From assembly GCF_001194135.2 (NCBI RefSeq), contig NC_068987.1, positions 84,526,512 to 84,590,511 on the forward strand: a stretch of DNA of 64,000 nt, given 5' to 3'. Of this stretch, positions 59,965-64,000 are shown piece by piece. The stretch comes from Octopus bimaculoides (lineage: Eukaryota). Numbering within the stretch: position 1 is the first letter of the stretch; each line of letters opens with the position of its first letter. Made by a program: the position numbers and the translations under genes. The notes beneath the pieces were generated by a model, which made no database searches, had not been told where the DNA came from, and saw nothing but the letters and a program-made list of their open reading frames with translations.

Positions 59965-62900
59965 AAAGAGACAGATCTGCACATGCCCTGAATCAAAATA
60001 CTTGCACATATACTCTCATACATACACAACTGTCATGTAGACGTTTTTCAAATTTCTCATGAGGGAGCCGTTGATCTAGGTTAGAAACCGGCTCTTTCTC
60101 CGTTAGCGAAAACTCTGGTCATAAGCGTAAAACAGCATACACAGTTTCCGAACACAGAATCAAGTGATTGCAAATCAAAACTCTTAATCAAACGGACACT
60201 ACCTGCATTTATATTGCCCACTATTTCTCTGCTATCATTAAATTTCTGCTGCTTTATGTTGTTTCACCGCCAGAAAACTGTAATTATTTATTTCGTCCTG
60301 TGAAATCCACCATTTAGTACCTCCTTAAGGTACCATTTTCATCCTTCGTGAGCACTTAGAGTCATTGTGATGATTCTTCCAACATTGACTCTGGCTGGAT
60401 TTCAAATCAGACCGCGTTAATAACATTCTCTTTAATTGGACACTGGTCTGTTTCGGGGTCCAAATCATAATCTTGAGGATAGGCGACAAGGTAATTACAT
60501 CGACCTCAGGACTTGACTAGTGTTTTATCAGCGTCGATGGGACGAAAGAGAACATTGACTTTGGCTGCATTTGAAATCAGAATGAAAAGAACAAAAAGTA
60601 ATGCTGTAAGGTATTCTTTCCAGCGGGCTAACAATTCTGCCATCTTACCGCCCTTCTCTAAGGCACCCACGAATATATTCCATTTATATTGCATATTATT
60701 CTGTTTGCTTTAACCTGACGGTTGAGACTTGAGACTTCTATCCTGCTATTTTCAGCGATTCTTATTGCTTGCTGCATCATTGTGTTGTAAACATTCTAGT
60801 TGGAATTCCGTGATATGAGATTTTCCTACTCAGGAAAGATATTTAAGTGATTCATATGATCTTCGTGTATCATACTTAAATTTACAACATATGAAACCTA
60901 AACAATATAATCCTTAAACATTCAATCTTGAACGTGCGCACAACCGACACAAGGCTAGAAGGAAAGCTACAGGCTATTTGTTTCATTTCAGTACATAGTG
61001 TTGTATCATAGGCCGGTTCTATTGCTGGAAGAGCAAATATTTTTAACAAAACAACTATTGGCCAACCAGGACGTATCCAAAAGATCGATCTGAACATAAA
61101 TAGATATCAAACAAAACAATATGATTATAATAAAAAAGGGAATTTTATGTCATTAAATATTTGAATAAATGCCAGGTTCTACAAACCAGCGCCAAATTAC
61201 AGTCACTGAAATCTTCGAATTTTAGTTTGTACTCAAAAGTATCTAAAATAAATAAATAAATACATAAAATAGAATAAATATATAGCGAAACAATAAAATG
61301 CCACGTAATCTAGATGTTTGTATGTCTGCATAGAAAGGTTATTGCAGGTTTGGGTTATATAAACATGGAAAAATATTTCTGCAGTAATCGATTTAAAAAA
61401 AAACAAAACAAGAATGCGTCTTGGTTCTTTAAAGGCTTTACATATTAAACACCGACGTTGTGAGTACATAGGATGAGAAATGTGCTCATATAAATGCCGA
61501 ACATTTGATATGAAAATCAGTGTTTGTGAATTTCGGTTAACAGTTTTATTACGAGCATTTATGTGCGTTTCCACATGCATACTTATACAAATATATGCAT
61601 AAATAAACTCAACCGTACGACTAGCAGTGTTCTGAATCGTGAGTACTGTTATAATGGTTAACATTTTCAAGATGAACGGCATCACTACCACTATGCCTTT
61701 GTGAATACAGCCTACTATTTTTAGTCATAAAAACTTGTTATCTAAGATCTTCTAGATTTTTCTGGTATCGCCAGGACGAGCTACAGAGGGTATCATAATA
61801 GTCTGCTTTCCGAGAAAATAACTCTTAATTAGCTGACACTATGAACATTCTAGATGTAATATTCTTAATGATGGACTTAATCCTTACTCTAAGTCGACTG
61901 GAATATCTTAGCATAATGCAGGTTCTTCTTCGATTTATGATACGGACGATAAACTCTGTGTTTTGTTCTAAGGTTACATTTGAAAGTTACTGACAATAAA
62001 TAGTCCTAGATTTATGAAAAAATCTGAAAGTTTTTTTTAGTTTTACGTTGCCACATATACTGAAGATGGAATAGCATCATCCTTATATAGACTGCAGTCC
62101 ATTTCAGAGAGTTACCTACTAATGCAATATAAGATTTAAATAACCACGAGATCAGAAACTTAAAATGAGTAAATGGATTCCATGGTTATATCAAAGTGAT
62201 AAGTCTATTTCTTTCTCGTCCTTTGAATTCGATAAGTAACCGGTAATAGCCGTTAATAGAGTAACTACACACTGCTTTGATAATTGAGGGTTCTTCATAG
62301 CGTAAATAAAACTTTTGTTGGGGGGAATACAGGAAATAGATGCGGATAAAACCAGTAATATGTATAATCTTAAAATTGAATTTTGCAAAGATCTAATTTC
62401 AAAGGAACATCCAAGAGATAATAAACTAACTTTTAAGTAAAACGTTCATAATTTTGATTTCTTGGGACGTACGGTAATTAGTCACCTTAACTTAAAAAAT
62501 CGATCTGAGCCTTAATCGTCTAAGATGACCCCGTATAAACTTGGTTCTATTAGTAATCTTTCGGCTTCGAAATCAGATGCAGGAAACAAAAGTAAAAAAA
62601 AAAATATAATTCAAAGAGTTACACCTGTACTGAAAAGGTGTTTTGAACTTGTAATCGAACACTTCATAAGTAAACATTCATTTTAAAGGATTAAATAACA
62701 GAAATGAAATTATGTTTATGAAAATAGAGTTTTTCAAGTTATTAGTCATCTGTTATCGAATTTGAAGCTAAATATTGGGCGAGAAAGAACTGGCCTAACA
62801 ACTTTGCTATTATCATATGATGCAGTGACTCAGAGCACGTTACTGATTTTGTGAGTATTTACATTTTACGTTGCATTAAAAGTTTTCTGAAATGGGGGTG

Positions 62901-63647
62901 GAGCTCGATCTATACAGGGATGATACCCTTTTTGCATTCTGTCAATGTAATAAAAACTAGTGAGGAATAAACAAAAGACAAAACTAAAACGATTTAAAAA
63001 AAAAAAACATTAGGTTTGTTAAGGTGAGAAATATATAAGTTAACTAAATTTCTAGATTTAACGTGAGGACTCACCCTAGGCCTTTATGCTCCAGCACACG
63101 AAAAGCAGATCTTATAGATTTTTGGGAAGATATTCTGGTGCTACTAATGTATCCTCTGTTTTACAGTGTTTACAAATATCTCTGACGTTCTCACAACTTC
63201 ATATGTCGTTAACCATGTTGCATTTCCAAGCCAGGCAACATCGTAATTAGTACGTCCACGTTCTCTACTTAACAATATTAGCCAAGTGGAATTTCACCCG
63301 CACACGTTTCTCATGTAGAGCTGGATTATTAATTATTCAGAATGAATGATAACTGTGTTTGATTTCTCATGTCTCGGAGAAATCGAGGATATAGGAACTT
63401 TTTCAGACCTACCCGAAAGAAAAACGAGTAATCTATTCTTCCTCTCTCTGTAACACATTCAATATATTGACAAGAATAAATACTTCTCAAGGAGAATGCA
63501 AGCAAATAGAGCACATTTGATTAATAATATGAGTCATCCAAATTGTTCACTGATAATGTTTTTATTATGAACAAATTTATAAGGGAAATTTCAACAATCA
63601 AATAAATCAAAACCATTACCATTACTCATGCAAATTTCCCTTTTCAA

Positions 63648-64000
63648 AGGCGGTGAGCTGGCAGAAACGTTAGCACGCCGGGCGAAATGCTACGTTCTGA
63701 GTTCAAATTCCGCCGAGGTCCACTTTGCCTTTCATCCTTTCAGGGTCGATAAATTAAGTACCAGTTACGCACTGGGATCGTTGTAATAGACTTAATCCCT
63801 TTGTCTGTCCTTGTTTGTCCCCTCTTTGTTTAACGCCTTGTGGGCAATAAAGAAATAAGAAATGTTAGCACGCCGGGTGAAATGCTTAACAGTATTTCGT
63901 CTGCCGTTTCGTTCTCAGTTCAAATTCCGCCGAGGTCGACATTACTCGTCAGCCTTTCGGGGTCGATTGAATAAGTACCAGTTATGCACTGGGTTGATGT
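63648..64000 (+). mobile_element. family A SINE dimer (runs off the window end)
   Basis: AGGCGGTGAGCTGGCAGAAACGTTAGCACGCC head; junction AAAGAAATAAGAAATGTTAGCACG at about 63850-63872. Confidence 0.92.

Noticed and set aside
62191-62388. 65-aa ORF resembling a small secreted peptide (also 30902-31114 with PPGY, and a candidate exon near 63165-63240)
   Set aside because: The 62191 ORF has a non-ATG start, and none of these has a recognisable family or supporting gene structure.

Overview
This is AT-rich, repeat-dense eukaryotic genomic DNA with 11 assembly gaps (N runs, most next to microsatellites). The SINE families and microsatellite-riddled composite SINEs resemble those of octopod cephalopods (Octopus); this is my recognition, not a database result. 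I could not identify any host protein-coding gene; most listed ORFs are translations of microsatellites, gaps or SINEs. The window contains: (i) dozens of tRNA-derived SINEs from at least four families, including nested, dimeric and inverted copies; (ii) decayed LINE fragments (HERO-type RLE endonuclease, CR1/L2-type 3' end, R4/Dong-type CCHC/RLE region); (iii) Tc1/mariner and hAT MITEs and a probable Helentron-associated element; (iv) a dispersed 5.8S rRNA copy directly upstream of a SINE dimer; (v) a 271-bp fold-back palindrome. The most interesting signal is two families of short non-coding elements carrying minimal type-I hammerhead ribozyme motifs of the Penelope-like-element (PLE) kind. 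Family 1 (4 copies) joins a tRNA-derived Pol III head and an (AAT)n tract to a PLE-like terminal repeat containing the hammerhead. Three of these copies show partial inverted terminal repeats and 11-13 bp target-site duplications, suggesting a PLE-mobilised SINE or retrozyme-like system. Family 2 (3 copies) has a hammerhead with a consistent non-canonical core, CUGU-N-GA (A6 to U).
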